Origin: Oscillospiraceae bacterium
Lineage (GTDB): Bacteria; Bacillota; Clostridia; Oscillospirales; SIG627
Assembly: GCA_015065085.1 (NCBI GenBank)
Contig: SVQW01000001.1
Location: forward strand, 104,258 to 168,257
Direction: 5' to 3'
DNA length: 64,000 nt
Shown: positions 28,626 to 39,001 of the stretch, in pieces
Layout of the letters: the number at the start of each line of letters is the position of its first letter
How positions within the stretch are numbered: position 1 is the stretch's first letter
Notes under the pieces: generated by a model
What the model was told of the DNA's origin: nothing
Database searches by the model: none
The model's input: the letters and a program-made list of their open reading frames with translations, nothing else
Position numbers and translations under genes: made by a program

Positions 28626-29101
28626 TTAAGATTTCTCCTCTCGTCTTTTTCGAGAACATCGTAAATTTCGCCTTTGTCCTTGTATTTTTTAAGCACAAAG
28701 TGTGTTGCAGTGGATTGAACCTGATCCAGCGGGGCAAGCTTTTCCGCAACAAAAAGAGCCACCTCGCGCATTGTTTTGCCTTCTATAAGAACCGAAAGGT
28801 CATAGCTTCCGCTCATCAGAAAAAGACTGCGTACTTCGGGGAAATTGCATATTTTTTTTGCAATACCGTCAAAGCCATGGTCTTTCTGAGGAATGATTTT
28901 AAGCTCAATCATGGCAGTAACATATTCGCGTTCTGTCTTGTCCCAGTCGATAAGGGTTTTGTAGCCTACGATAACTTTTTCCTTTTCATACTGCTCTATT
29001 GCAGCTTTAATGTCACTCTCATCCTTGTCGAGCATGAGGGCAAGTTGCTCGTATGTAAGACGGCTGTCGTTTTCCAAATATTGTAAAAGTGAATTTTTCA
29101 T
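28622..29101 (-). CDS. Lrp/AsnC family transcriptional regulator
   Basis: 159 aa with an HTH N-domain and a RAM-like C-domain. Its stop overlaps the aminotransferase start by 4 nt. Confidence 0.8.
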   Translation of the reverse strand: MKNSLLQYLENDSRLTYEQLALMLDKDESDIKAAIEQYEKEKVIVGYKTLIDWDKTEREYVTAMIELKIIPQKDHGFDGIAKKICNFPEVRSLFLMSGSYDLSVLIEGKTMREVALFVAEKLAPLDQVQSTATHFVLKKYKDKGEIYDVLEKDERRNLN

Positions 29102-29157
29102 TTCAATGCTCCTGAAAAGATTATAATTTTAAAATTTTAAATATATAGGGGAAAATT

Positions 29158-30129
29158 ATGAAAGAAATAACCTGCGTAATACCAACATTATCCTATCATA
29201 AGGAAATGCTTGAAAGGGCTGTCGATGGCAGAGCGGCGATAAATTATATCGACAGTAAAATAATCGAGCTCCGCGATATAAAAAACAGCGAAATAATGCT
29301 CGGCAACATTCCGCTGAATGTTGTAAATTCATGCACATCGCTCAAATGGCTTCAGCTCAGCACTGCGGGCTCGGATACCTACGCTGCTCCCGGTATACTT
29401 CCTAAAGGCTGTACTCTTACAAATGCCAGCGGTGCATTTGGACTTGCAATAGCCGAGCACATGATAGGCACTTTGCTGGAAATATACAAAAAACTGCATT
29501 ATTACAGAGATAACCAAAATAACAGTCTGTGGCAGGATGAAGGTAGTGTGGAAACCATAGAAGGTAAAACCGTACTTGTTGTAGGATTAGGCGATATAGG
29601 AAGTACCTTTGCACGAAAAATGAAAGCATTGGGCGCTCACATTATAGGTATACGCCGTACCGCTCAAAAATGCCCTGAATATGTCGATGAGCTTTACATG
29701 CCCGAAATGCTTGATAAGCTTCTGCCACAGGCAGATATTGTGGCACTTTCCATTCCTCAGACACCTCAGACGGATAAGCTTTTTTCGAGAGAGAGAATTG
29801 CTTTGATGAAAGAAAGGTCGGTGCTTATAAACGTAGGCAGAGGCAGTGCTGTGGATACCGAGGCACTATGTGATGCCTTGGAAAGCGGAAAGCTACTGGG
29901 AGCAAGTCTTGATGTGACAGATCCGGAGCCGCTTCCCGCAGAGCACAGAATTTGGAAAATCAGAAATGCGGTTGTGACTCCGCATATATCAGGTTTTTTC
30001 CATCTGCGTGAAACTCATGATCGAATAATATCCATTGCCGCACAGAATATCACAAGATATTTTGAGGGAAAACCTCTCATCAATACGGTAGACATGAATA
30101 CAGGATACCGCAGATCAGACGGTAATTAA
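29158..30129 (+). CDS. D-isomer-specific 2-hydroxyacid dehydrogenase
   Basis: GKTVLVVGLGDIGSTFARKMKALGAHI (NAD-binding fold), LINVGRGSAVD and DVTDPEPLP...TPHISG. Confidence 0.85.
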   Translation: MKEITCVIPTLSYHKEMLERAVDGRAAINYIDSKIIELRDIKNSEIMLGNIPLNVVNSCTSLKWLQLSTAGSDTYAAPGILPKGCTLTNASGAFGLAIAEHMIGTLLEIYKKLHYYRDNQNNSLWQDEGSVETIEGKTVLVVGLGDIGSTFARKMKALGAHIIGIRRTAQKCPEYVDELYMPEMLDKLLPQADIVALSIPQTPQTDKLFSRERIALMKERSVLINVGRGSAVDTEALCDALESGKLLGASLDVTDPEPLPAEHRIWKIRNAVVTPHISGFFHLRETHDRIISIAAQNITRYFEGKPLINTVDMNTGYRRSDGN

Positions 30130-31364
30130 AGAATAATGTGAACCGGCAGACCGTTCTCATATTTGGGAGCGGTCTCTCCTTTTATCAGAGGAAGTATATA
30201 CTCAAGGCATTCGTCGGTAACAAAGTTTCCGCGCTCATTGATATAGTTGAGCGGAACACTGCGTACTGCGTTTGCAATTGTGGAAATATCGATAAGCTCA
30301 AATTCGCACTTGTATTCCTTGCCGGGCAGACGCTTGTAGGAAGCCATCATACCGGTTTTGCCTGCGATGGCATTGTCAACTGCAAAGTTGGCGATGTCAA
30401 CACCCTCTTCTATGTCGGTGAGAGAGCCGAGATGAGCCGCACAACGCTGAAGAATATTAAGCTCGACAGAACGAACCTTGCAGCCGATACGATCTTTAAC
30501 AATGAGTTCAAGCGCCTTTCCTGTGCCGGAAAGGTATTTGTGACCAAAAGCATCGACACTGCCGCTCTGAGCAGATTCACCGGCATATTTTCCGTCCTTG
30601 TCGCGTATACCCTCGGAAACTGCTACAACAACAGCGGACTTTTCGCTCAGCTTTTGCTTTACGTCTTCGATGAATTCGTCAACATTGAAGGGCTTTTCGG
30701 GCAGATAAATGAGGTCAGGCGAAACACCCGAAACAATTTTGGGCAGACCTGCAGAGGCGGTGAGCCATCCTGCATCACGTCCCATGATTTCAACTATTGT
30801 TACGGCTTTAACTGTGTAAACCGAACAGTCGCGTATAATTTCCTGCATGGAGGTTGCAATATACTTTGCGGCAGAACCGAATCCGGGTGTGTGGTCTGTG
30901 GCTACAAGGTCATTGTCGATGGTCTTGGGAATACCGATAACCTTCATTTTCCAATCGGAAACCTTTGAATATTCGGATATTTTATAAACGGTATCCATGG
31001 AGTCGTTACCGCCGATATAGAAGAAATATCCGATGTTGTGTTTCTTAAAAATATCAAAAAGCTTTTCGTATGTTTTTTTGCATTCGGGGTCTGTGTCCAG
31101 CTTTTTGATATCCGGAAGCTTAAGACGACAAGAGCCGAGAGCGGCTGCGGGAGTGGTTTTCAATATTTCAAGCTTTTCATCGGTGTCTACTTTTTCTCCC
31201 AGATTGCAGAAGCGTTCTGCGAGAACACCCTCGATGCCGTTGTATGCACCGTAAAGTGTACCGATTTCATCTTTGTGCTGGCGGTATCCGCGGATTACAC
31301 CCGCAAGAGTTGCATTAATTGCGGCGGTAGGGCCGCCGGACTGACCTACAATAGCGTTAAGCAT
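30126..31364 (-). CDS. 6-phosphofructokinase (long ~410-aa type; ATP versus PPi donor not resolvable)
   Basis: IVGQSGGPTAAINATLAGVI, FFYIGGNDSMDT, IGIPKTIDNDL and MGRDAGWLT. Confidence 0.85.
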   Translation of the reverse strand: MLNAIVGQSGGPTAAINATLAGVIRGYRQHKDEIGTLYGAYNGIEGVLAERFCNLGEKVDTDEKLEILKTTPAAALGSCRLKLPDIKKLDTDPECKKTYEKLFDIFKKHNIGYFFYIGGNDSMDTVYKISEYSKVSDWKMKVIGIPKTIDNDLVATDHTPGFGSAAKYIATSMQEIIRDCSVYTVKAVTIVEIMGRDAGWLTASAGLPKIVSGVSPDLIYLPEKPFNVDEFIEDVKQKLSEKSAVVVAVSEGIRDKDGKYAGESAQSGSVDAFGHKYLSGTGKALELIVKDRIGCKVRSVELNILQRCAAHLGSLTDIEEGVDIANFAVDNAIAGKTGMMASYKRLPGKEYKCEFELIDISTIANAVRSVPLNYINERGNFVTDECLEYILPLIKGETAPKYENGLPVHIIL

Positions 31365-31376
31365 TTTTTATTCTCC

Positions 31377-32300
31377 TTATTCTTGTGTAATATTGTTAAT
31401 ATTGAAAGGGGTTTCTTGGTATACAAAGTAGTTTAGCCAGTTGGAATAAAGTAAATGAGCGTGGGAACGCCATTTGTTGACAGGCTTTTGGTTTGGATTG
31501 TCCCCGGGGAAATAGTTGTAAGGTACTTTGATATCCAGCCCCTTGTCAACGTCCCTGAAGTATTCCTTGGAAAGTGTGTCGTAATCGTATTCCGGGTGAC
31601 CCGTTATGAAGAAATAACGGTTATTTTTTGCCGCCACCATGTACACACCGGCAATATCACTTTCAGAAAGTATTTCAAGCTTACTGCACTTCAAAATATC
31701 CTCCCGGCGTACCTCACTGTGACGTGAATGCGGGGCGTAAAAGCACTCATCAAATCCACGCACGATGGGGTGAGAGGGATTGTGTATTTTATGTTCAAAT
31801 ATGCCGAACATTTTTTGGTCTATGGGGTATTTGGGAATTCCGTATTTGTGGTAAAGCGCTGCTTGCGCTGCCCAACAAATAAATATTGAAGAGTGAACAT
31901 TGGTGCGCGACCAGTCCATTATTTCGCACAGCTCTTTCCAGTATACAACCTCTTCAAATTCAAGATTTTCAACCGGTGCACCTGTTATTATCAAGCCGTC
32001 GAATTTTTCATCTTTTACGTCAGAAAAGTTTTTATAAAAAGCAGTCAGATGCTCTTCAGATGTGTTTTTCGACTTATAACTTTCGGTCTGCAAAAATGTA
32101 ATGTCAATTTGCAATGGTGTGTTTGAAAGCAGACGAAGAATCTGTGTTTCTGTAACAATTTTTGTGGGCATCAGGTTCAGAATGGCAATACGAAGCGGAC
32201 GGATGTCCTGATGCTGTGCACGTATTTCGTTCATTACGAAAATGTTTTCGTTTTCCAGCGTTTCACGTGCGGGTAATAAATTTGGTATTTTTATGGGCAT
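31377..32300 (-). CDS. metA: Homoserine O-acyltransferase MetA
   Basis: [23 protein letters not shown]...[25 protein letters not shown] and a downstream Cys nucleophile block ([12 protein letters not shown]). Confidence 0.9.
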   Translation of the reverse strand: MPIKIPNLLPARETLENENIFVMNEIRAQHQDIRPLRIAILNLMPTKIVTETQILRLLSNTPLQIDITFLQTESYKSKNTSEEHLTAFYKNFSDVKDEKFDGLIITGAPVENLEFEEVVYWKELCEIMDWSRTNVHSSIFICWAAQAALYHKYGIPKYPIDQKMFGIFEHKIHNPSHPIVRGFDECFYAPHSRHSEVRREDILKCSKLEILSESDIAGVYMVAAKNNRYFFITGHPEYDYDTLSKEYFRDVDKGLDIKVPYNYFPGDNPNQKPVNKWRSHAHLLYSNWLNYFVYQETPFNINNITQE

Positions 32301-32318
32301 AATACCCCTCCGGATGCA

Positions 32319-33380
32319 TTATAAGTATTTTTTGAAAAATTCGGGTGCTAAGTTTCCGCCGAATGAATGTTCACCGTCGAATATATCGCTGTACAAATCC
32401 TTTTGGGCCTCTGCGGCAGTGTAAATTCTTTTAACATTGTCAAAACCGGTTTTGACAGTTTCATACGAGAAGCAGGAATCACGTGTGCCTATTTCCATAA
32501 GAAGAGGTCTGGGAGCAATCATCCCCGCAATATCAAAAGTGTCAAAATACTTGTATATTTCGGGAACCATCTGAGAACCGCACCAGTTTGCATTTCCTAT
32601 GGCAAAATACTTGAATGGGCTTCCGTAGCATATGATGTCGGCACATTTGATTCGCTTGTCAAATGCGGATGTAAAGCAGGTCATTGTTCCGCCCTGGCTA
32701 AGTCCCATCATTCCGATGCGTTCGGGATCAATTTCTTCACGGGATTGGAGATAATCTATACAACACCCCATGTCATGTATATTGAGCATAAGTGTGTATA
32801 CACCGAACATTGCGCCTTTTAAAAAATTTATATTACAGCTGTCACGTCCGGGAAAGGGCTTTATGGGGCCAAGACCGTCACGCCTTTCGCCAAATCCTCT
32901 CAGATCGGGGCAGATTGTCATAAAGCCGTGATGTGCCATCTGTTCGCCGTAATTATAGTTGCAGCGTTTTATATTTTCAATGATTGCTTGCTTGTCCGTT
33001 CCGGGATAATCGGTGATACCCGCAACGGGGAACTTACCCCACGGGCCGTGACCGTGCGAACATACGATAGCCGCGTTCTTTTTGTTCCTTTTCATATCCT
33101 TGGGGCGAATAACATAGCAAGGAACCGACATGTTGTCGTCGCAGTCGAAAACAACGCGCTCATAAATGAGACCGTCTTTTTCGAATGTGTCCTCGATTTC
33201 CGCTTCAAGCGGAACTTTTTTTATTTTACCCATACCCAAAAGCTCACAGTATTTTTCATACGCTTTGTCATACCATAGCTCAAAATCGCTTTTGCTTTTT
33301 CCTTCAAAAGTCATTTCGGGTTTGTGGTTGGCGGCTAAATCATCCCAATACTTCTGCATTGAGAATTGTTTTTTACTCAT
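32319..33380 (-). CDS. Alpha/beta hydrolase (acetyl-xylan-esterase/dienelactone-hydrolase-like)
   Basis: Nucleophile elbow GLSQGG and a C-terminal DGEHSF histidine block. It has the same architecture as the 61711..62757 product. Confidence 0.7.
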   Translation of the reverse strand: MSKKQFSMQKYWDDLAANHKPEMTFEGKSKSDFELWYDKAYEKYCELLGMGKIKKVPLEAEIEDTFEKDGLIYERVVFDCDDNMSVPCYVIRPKDMKRNKKNAAIVCSHGHGPWGKFPVAGITDYPGTDKQAIIENIKRCNYNYGEQMAHHGFMTICPDLRGFGERRDGLGPIKPFPGRDSCNINFLKGAMFGVYTLMLNIHDMGCCIDYLQSREEIDPERIGMMGLSQGGTMTCFTSAFDKRIKCADIICYGSPFKYFAIGNANWCGSQMVPEIYKYFDTFDIAGMIAPRPLLMEIGTRDSCFSYETVKTGFDNVKRIYTAAEAQKDLYSDIFDGEHSFGGNLAPEFFKKYL

Positions 33381-34287
33381 CGCTTTTCCCCTTAAGATAT
33401 TCGATCATTGCCTTTATTTCTTCGGAGGCAAAATTATACTTTCCGTTGCAGAAATGGCATACGGTTTCTATGCCGTTAGGATCTTTAGCTAAGTCCTCAA
33501 GCTCGGTTATTCCAAGACTGAGAAGCGCCCCTTCATATTTTTCACGCGAGCAGGGACATTTGTAATCGACACTTATTGTGTCGAAAATGTCGAAGTCAAT
33601 GCCGTTGAGCACCTTAGCACCGATTTCTTCACCTGTGAGGCCGTCTGCGATGAGCTGAGAGACCGATTTGAGATTCTTTATGTTGTTTTCGAGAGTAACA
33701 ATAACGTTTTCATCCGCGCCCGGCATAAGCTGCAGAAGAAAACCGCCTGCTGCAAAGCAGATGTGCTCATCGGAAACACGTACGCCCAAAGCACATACGG
33801 ACGGCGTCTGTTCACTCGAAGCGTAGTATTCGGTTATATCCTCTGCTATTTCACCGCTTACAATAGGCGAGAGACCTACGTACGGCTCATTTAGTCCAAG
33901 GTCTTTTATTATATATAAGTTACCTTTTCCCACTGCACCGCCTACGTCTATCTTGCCGAATTTGTTGGGCGGCAGGTCGAGCGAGGGATTCTGAACATAA
34001 CCACGCACGTTCCCCAAATAATCGGATACGCACACAACGCTTCCTCCGGGGCCGTCACCCTTTAACTGAAGCGTAAGAGAATGCTCTTTGTCCTTGAGCA
34101 GTGAGCCCATAAGAGACGTTGCGGTAAGCGCACGTCCCAATACGGCGGTCATGGTGTGTGAAAGACCGTGTATCTCGGCGGCTTTTTTTACAATTTGCGT
34201 GGAATTGGCTATTATAAGCATAGCACTTCCGTCGCATGTCATTATTCTTGTTATTATGGAATTGTCGCTGGTTACATTTTTCTGCAT
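33373..34287 (-). CDS. hslO: Redox-regulated chaperone Hsp33
   Basis: Full-length match in pattern, including the C-terminal zinc centre CPCSREK...CHFCNGKY. Confidence 0.9.
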   Translation of the reverse strand: MQKNVTSDNSIITRIMTCDGSAMLIIANSTQIVKKAAEIHGLSHTMTAVLGRALTATSLMGSLLKDKEHSLTLQLKGDGPGGSVVCVSDYLGNVRGYVQNPSLDLPPNKFGKIDVGGAVGKGNLYIIKDLGLNEPYVGLSPIVSGEIAEDITEYYASSEQTPSVCALGVRVSDEHICFAAGGFLLQLMPGADENVIVTLENNIKNLKSVSQLIADGLTGEEIGAKVLNGIDFDIFDTISVDYKCPCSREKYEGALLSLGITELEDLAKDPNGIETVCHFCNGKYNFASEEIKAMIEYLKGKSDE

Positions 34288-35030
34288 ACTAAATAAAATC
34301 TTTCCGTTTCTTCTTGATTTTTCATATCTGCCGGAGTAAAGTCGAAGTCGCTGTATATGCCGACTGCTTCAAGACCGGCGGTTTTAATGTAGGTGAGCAT
34401 TTGTCTCAAGGTGTAACAACGCTCACGTTGAGTTTCACTGAAGCGTCGGTACAAATCGCCGTCGCGTACGAAAAAATCCAGATAAAAATCACACATGCGT
34501 GTGGAGGATTTATAATAATTCTGCCATGTGCAGAAAACATTGTCGCTTTCAAAAACGTAGGCGTTATCTGCGTATATATTTTTAAATTTGTATTCTGAAT
34601 TTATATCAAAAATAAAATATCCGCCGTGGTTAAGATAGTTTTGCACATTACAAAAACATGATACAACATCGTCGGGATGCGTGAGATAATTTATACTGTC
34701 AAGACAGCAAACGATAAGGTCTACTGTCCCGTACAGTTCAAACTCCGCCATGTCCTGGTTCAGAAAAAGTATATCAAGCTTTTCGCTGTCCGCCTTCTGT
34801 CTTGCGAGAGCAAGCATTTCGGGGGATAAGTCAATGGCTGTGGTATCATAGCCTTCACGCGCAAAACGAAGTGCCATTTGCCCCGTACCACAGGCTAAAT
34901 CCAGCACCGAGGAGGGGGAGAAGCCGTTTCTTTTACAAACATTTTTCAAAAAAACGAACCATTCATCGTAATCCACACCGTCATTGAGAATGTCATAGTA
35001 AGCAGCGAGATTTGAATACTGCTCAGACAT
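34272..35030 (-). CDS. Class I SAM-dependent methyltransferase
   Basis: SAM motif I VLDLACGTGQMALRFA. Confidence 0.8.
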   Translation of the reverse strand: MSEQYSNLAAYYDILNDGVDYDEWFVFLKNVCKRNGFSPSSVLDLACGTGQMALRFAREGYDTTAIDLSPEMLALARQKADSEKLDILFLNQDMAEFELYGTVDLIVCCLDSINYLTHPDDVVSCFCNVQNYLNHGGYFIFDINSEYKFKNIYADNAYVFESDNVFCTWQNYYKSSTRMCDFYLDFFVRDGDLYRRFSETQRERCYTLRQMLTYIKTAGLEAVGIYSDFDFTPADMKNQEETERFYLVCRKM

Positions 35031-35347
35031 CAGCGGTTTCCTCGTTTTTCCTGTTCTTCCAGCGCTTCCAGGCGATCAAGAACACGCAGATATCCGTCAG
35101 AACCGTATTTGAGACAACGATTTACTCGGCTTATTGTAGCGGTACTGAGTCCTGTTTTGTCCGCAATATCGTTGTATATAACGTTCTGTCGGAGAAGCCT
35201 TGCCACCTCAAGGCGCTTGGACATTTCGCAAAGCTCCGAGGCTGTGCACAAATCCTCAAAAAAGTTATAGCATTCCTCCATGTCTTCCAATGAAAGTATG
35301 GCTTTAAAAAGATAGTTGATATTTGCACTTTTGAGTTTATCGTTCAT
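35030..35347 (-). CDS. YerC/YecD family TrpR-related DNA-binding protein
   Basis: LFKAILSLEDMEECYNFFEDLCTASELCEMSKRLEVARLL...ATISRVNRCLKYGSDGY. The start is set at ATG 35347, after GGAGAG. Confidence 0.85.
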   Translation of the reverse strand: MNDKLKSANINYLFKAILSLEDMEECYNFFEDLCTASELCEMSKRLEVARLLRQNVIYNDIADKTGLSTATISRVNRCLKYGSDGYLRVLDRLEALEEQEKRGNR

Positions 35348-35357
35348 TTTTTCTCTC

Positions 35358-36348
35358 CTATTCAAATAACATATTGATAAAATCGGCTTTGGTCATGGAT
35401 CCGATATAATTTTCGATTTTAATATTTTCAAGTGCGGCTGTGACAGCATGTCTTTCATGGCGTACACCTGTAAGAAGGTTTTCAATTTCAGCCGTATCTT
35501 TCGTACCGAAAAAGTCACCGTATATGCCGATATGCGTAATAACTGCACATTTTACGGTGTAGCGAATGTCCACTAATCCAAACGAAAAATACTTTTTAGC
35601 GCGGTTTTCGTATGTCCCTCTGGGTGTAAAGGTCCAATCGTGAGAGGCGTACTTTTCCCTGAGCTTAAGGATTTTTTCATTTTCTGCGGCAGTGATGGTA
35701 TGCGCTGTTGGCCTGTACATCTTTTGAACGTGATCTCCAATGAGGTTCATAAAATCCTCGACTGCAATGTCGGAATTTTCAAAAAGCGGCTTCAGATTTG
35801 AAACACGGCTTTTGACGGATTTTATTGACTTTGATTTAATTTTGTCGGGATCAACTGTCAACAGATTCGGCATTATTGAAAGGTCGCTGTCAAAAAGCAA
35901 TGTGCCGTGATGCAGGGTTCGCGAGTCGGTGGAGTACTGTGCATTTCCGGAAAATTTCATTCCATTATAGAGAATGTCGTTTCTTCCGGAAAGCTCGGCA
36001 TTTATACCATACTGCGAAAGCACCGAAATAATGGGGGAGGTGAAGTAAGAAAAATTCAATACTCCCGATTTTTCCCGTGAAGTAATAAAGGTATAATTTA
36101 CATTTCCCAAATCGTGATATACCGCTCCGCCACCGGTAATACGGCGAACGACGGTGATGTTCTTTTCCTTGGCGTATGGAATATTTATTTCCGCGTATAC
36201 ATTCTGATTTTTTCCTATGACAGCGGTATTGTTGTTCCGCCACAGCATGAAAACATCTTCATCGTTGTTTGTAAGAAAATATTCCTCAACCGCCAGATTG
36301 TAGTATGGGTCAAAAGAATTTGTATTAATTGTGATCACGGTATCCTCC
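35358..36348 (-). CDS. lplA: Lipoate-protein ligase
   Basis: DPYYNLAVEEYFL...RRITGGGAVYHDLGN...KFSGNAQ. The start is set at GTG 36348, 5 nt after GGAGG. The tracked ATG 36389 has no RBS. Confidence 0.85.
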
Positions 36349-36468
36349 GGCTCGGTTTGTATGAAATTATACAGTATATAGTATAACATTTAATTTTGGT
36401 TTTGTAAAGAACTAAAGTGAAACTTTTTAAATTTTATGCCTTAAAATTAATGTTTTCGATAAATAAAT

Positions 36469-36503
36469 AAAAAAACGCTGTCCGAAACTTTGTTTCGGAC
36501 AGC
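36469..36503 (-). terminator. Terminator after the ceramidase-like gene
   Basis: GCTGTCCGAAAC...GTTTCGGACAGC with a run of T on the minus strand. Confidence 0.8.
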
Positions 36504-36526
36504 AAAATTTTGTAAAAAAAGGTTTA

Positions 36527-37855
36527 TTATCTCAATTCCTTGACAAGCTCGTTTGCTTTGTTGATAAGAACTTCGGCAACGTTGGGCTTGAATGGGCTGG
36601 AACCTGACTCGTATCCACCCTCGTAAGCATCACGAGTGGGGAAGTAACCTTCGGAACCATTTGCGCAGCAGCAGATAAAGCATCTTTCAAAACCGGAAGC
36701 ATTCTTTACCTGACGACCAATTTCGGTAAAAGGCTCGCCGGGGAATGCAACAAAGCAGATGTTGGCAAACTTAATGGCGGTAACGCGAAGCTCGTGGTGG
36801 TCGGAAGGGAACTTTTCCATTCTGAGGACACGGTAACATTTTGCAAGAAGACTTACGTCCTCCATATTGTTGGTTACGAATTCGCCTCTCTTGTCCTTTT
36901 CGACAATGGGAATAGCTGCCTCAATTTCTTCGGGAGTACCCTTGTTAGCGCCTACAATAGCAAAATCCTGTCTGTAATCTACATTGCCGTCATCCGAAGG
37001 CTCAAGCTTTTCATAAAGACCAAGTACAGTACCGGCAATTATGCGACCCATGGTTTTCGCATGGCCCACGCCACCTTCACCGATGTTTGCATGCTGGATT
37101 TCAATTTTTCTCTTGGTTTTGGGAGGATGAACGTTGATGTGGTTGGTATCACCCTCTGCACCGTTATAGAAAATGCACTTGGTGTTGGGAAGAACTTCTT
37201 CAACAGTATCACGAACATATTTGGGGAAGTCAGCGGAGAATTTCGTTCCGCCCACAACGTCTGCGTGCACCTGGAAGTTGACCAGAATGATTTCATGACC
37301 GCCCTGTTGTGCGAGAGAAACGACCTGAACGCTTTCATCGTTTTCTCCGATTGGATGGTCGATGTTGGGATTGTCGACACCGGGGTTGGTCTGAACTTTG
37401 CCGTCCTTCATCTTATATCTGCGGATAAAGGAGATGTTTTCAGCCTTGGAAAGACCGGTTTTGATTTCAACGGGCTTGAGGTCCTGAATAGCGAGCGCAA
37501 CAACATCGCTTATTTTGCAGGCGAACATTTCGTTGTACAGTTCACTGGCTTGATTGTAGGTAGTATCTGCAAAGACAGGGCCGGTGTGCGTATGTGTGCA
37601 GGCCATAATGACAGCCGCCGGGTCAAGCTTGTTGACCTCACATACTTTTTCAAGCACCTTTTTATAAACGGCGGTTGGGATGGAAATTACGTCAATGCTG
37701 AGGATTGCGGCACGTTTTTCGCCGTCATCTACTACCAAAGCGGAAGCCAGAAGCGGATCTACAATTCCGTCTGCCACTCTGCGTGCATAGTATCCTGCAA
37801 TACAGGTACCCAGCTGGGGAGTGATATCTATTCTTGCAAAACCTGCTTTCAACAT
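36527..37855 (-). CDS. Neutral/alkaline ceramidase N-domain-like amidohydrolase
   Basis: MLKAGFARIDITPQLGTCIAGYY...ILSIDV..ACTHTHTGP resembles the N-terminal catalytic region of the neutral ceramidase family. At 442 aa it is shorter than true ceramidases. Confidence 0.6.
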   Translation of the reverse strand: MLKAGFARIDITPQLGTCIAGYYARRVADGIVDPLLASALVVDDGEKRAAILSIDVISIPTAVYKKVLEKVCEVNKLDPAAVIMACTHTHTGPVFADTTYNQASELYNEMFACKISDVVALAIQDLKPVEIKTGLSKAENISFIRRYKMKDGKVQTNPGVDNPNIDHPIGENDESVQVVSLAQQGGHEIILVNFQVHADVVGGTKFSADFPKYVRDTVEEVLPNTKCIFYNGAEGDTNHINVHPPKTKRKIEIQHANIGEGGVGHAKTMGRIIAGTVLGLYEKLEPSDDGNVDYRQDFAIVGANKGTPEEIEAAIPIVEKDKRGEFVTNNMEDVSLLAKCYRVLRMEKFPSDHHELRVTAIKFANICFVAFPGEPFTEIGRQVKNASGFERCFICCCANGSEGYFPTRDAYEGGYESGSSPFKPNVAEVLINKANELVKELR

Positions 37856-37877
37856 GGTTTTTTACCTCTTTCAAAAA

Positions 37878-38918
37878 TTAAAGTGTAATAGTTTTTCCTT
37901 CGTCGGATGCGCGGTATGCAGCATCAATAACCTTCTGCATCCATATAGCATCGGACATAGGAACTTCAACGGGAGTACCGTTGAGAATGGAATCGGAGAA
38001 GGACTCGATTTCCTTGGTGTACATGTTGCCGAATTCAACATCCAGTTGCTTGGGAGTCACATCCACACGGTTCTGAGCTGCGTCATAACCGCTTTCACCG
38101 GAAATAACAACCGAAACTGTACCGCCCTCAACCTGACCGATAGTGCCTTCAGCCAAAATACTTCCGCGGGTGCCGTAGAATTCGAGACGGCATTTTGCGG
38201 CAGCGTCGGGAATGTTGAAGTTGGAATCAACGTATGCATGAGCACCGTTTGAAAGCTTAAGAATAACATTGGAGGTGTCATCTACATTGTAGCCGTGAGT
38301 AAGAGTATCGTTGAAAGCGGCAACCTTGACAGCCTTGGAGCCGGTGATGTATTCAATAAGGTCGATACAGTGGATACCCATGTCAATAAGAGCGCCGCCA
38401 CCGGAAAGCTCCTTCTTCTGACGCCATGCACCTTCCATCGGAGGATACCAGCAGGTCAGCTGACCGCGACAGGAAACGATATCGCCCAGTTCGCCGTCTG
38501 CAATAAGCTTTTTCATTGCCTGGTGGTAAGCGTGGTAACGCATCATAAAGCCGGAAGCGGAGAGAACACCGTTTTCGTCGCAGGCGGCTTTTGCTTTTTC
38601 AGCATCCGCAACAGTCATTGCAATGGGTTTTTCGGAAAGCACATGTTTCTTTGCCTTGGCTGCGGCTATTATCTGTTCAAGATGACAGCCAACGGGAGAA
38701 GCAATGTATACTGCTTCTACCTCGGGGTCTGCGAGGAGAGCTTCTGCATTATCGTAAGCTCTTTTTGCGTTGTATTTTGCACGGATTTTTTCGCTGAGTT
38801 CCATGTTGATTTCCATAACGGCAACAAGCTCGGCATTTTTAGCCAGCATCATGCCGGGAATGGTTCTTCTGTCAGCGATACCGCCGGCGCCTATAACGCC
38901 CCATTTTACCTTTTTCAT
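37878..38918 (-). CDS. Gfo/Idh/MocA family oxidoreductase
   Basis: MKKVKWGVIGAGGIADRR and VLSEKPIA. The start is set at ATG 38918, after GAAAGGAA. Confidence 0.85.
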   Translation of the reverse strand: MKKVKWGVIGAGGIADRRTIPGMMLAKNAELVAVMEINMELSEKIRAKYNAKRAYDNAEALLADPEVEAVYIASPVGCHLEQIIAAAKAKKHVLSEKPIAMTVADAEKAKAACDENGVLSASGFMMRYHAYHQAMKKLIADGELGDIVSCRGQLTCWYPPMEGAWRQKKELSGGGALIDMGIHCIDLIEYITGSKAVKVAAFNDTLTHGYNVDDTSNVILKLSNGAHAYVDSNFNIPDAAAKCRLEFYGTRGSILAEGTIGQVEGGTVSVVISGESGYDAAQNRVDVTPKQLDVEFGNMYTKEIESFSDSILNGTPVEVPMSDAIWMQKVIDAAYRASDEGKTITL

Positions 38919-38950
38919 ATAGATAATTCCTTTCTGGTGGTTGAAGAATA

Positions 38951-38993
38951 CAAAAATGGGAACGGGCACACACCTGCGCGTGTGCCGTTCCCG
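38951..38993 (-). terminator. Terminator or attenuator between the DegT gene and the oxidoreductase gene
   Basis: GGGAACGGCACAC...GTGTGCCCGTTCCC on the minus strand, followed by ATTTTTG. Confidence 0.7.
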
Positions 38994-39001
38994 TTTATAT
39001 C

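Noticed and set aside
30126-30129. Convergent genes (the 2-hydroxyacid dehydrogenase and the phosphofructokinase) overlap by 4 nt through the shared TTAA, which provides both stop codons, with no terminator between them.
   Set aside because: The overlap is real but is a common compaction feature. I can attach no specific function to it.
32319-33380. The two alpha/beta hydrolases (32319..33380 and 61711..62757) as a possible recent duplication.
   Set aside because: They share architecture and a few motifs, but they are clearly diverged (GLSQGG versus GNSGGG, and different termini) and have no DNA-level similarity. They are distant family members only.
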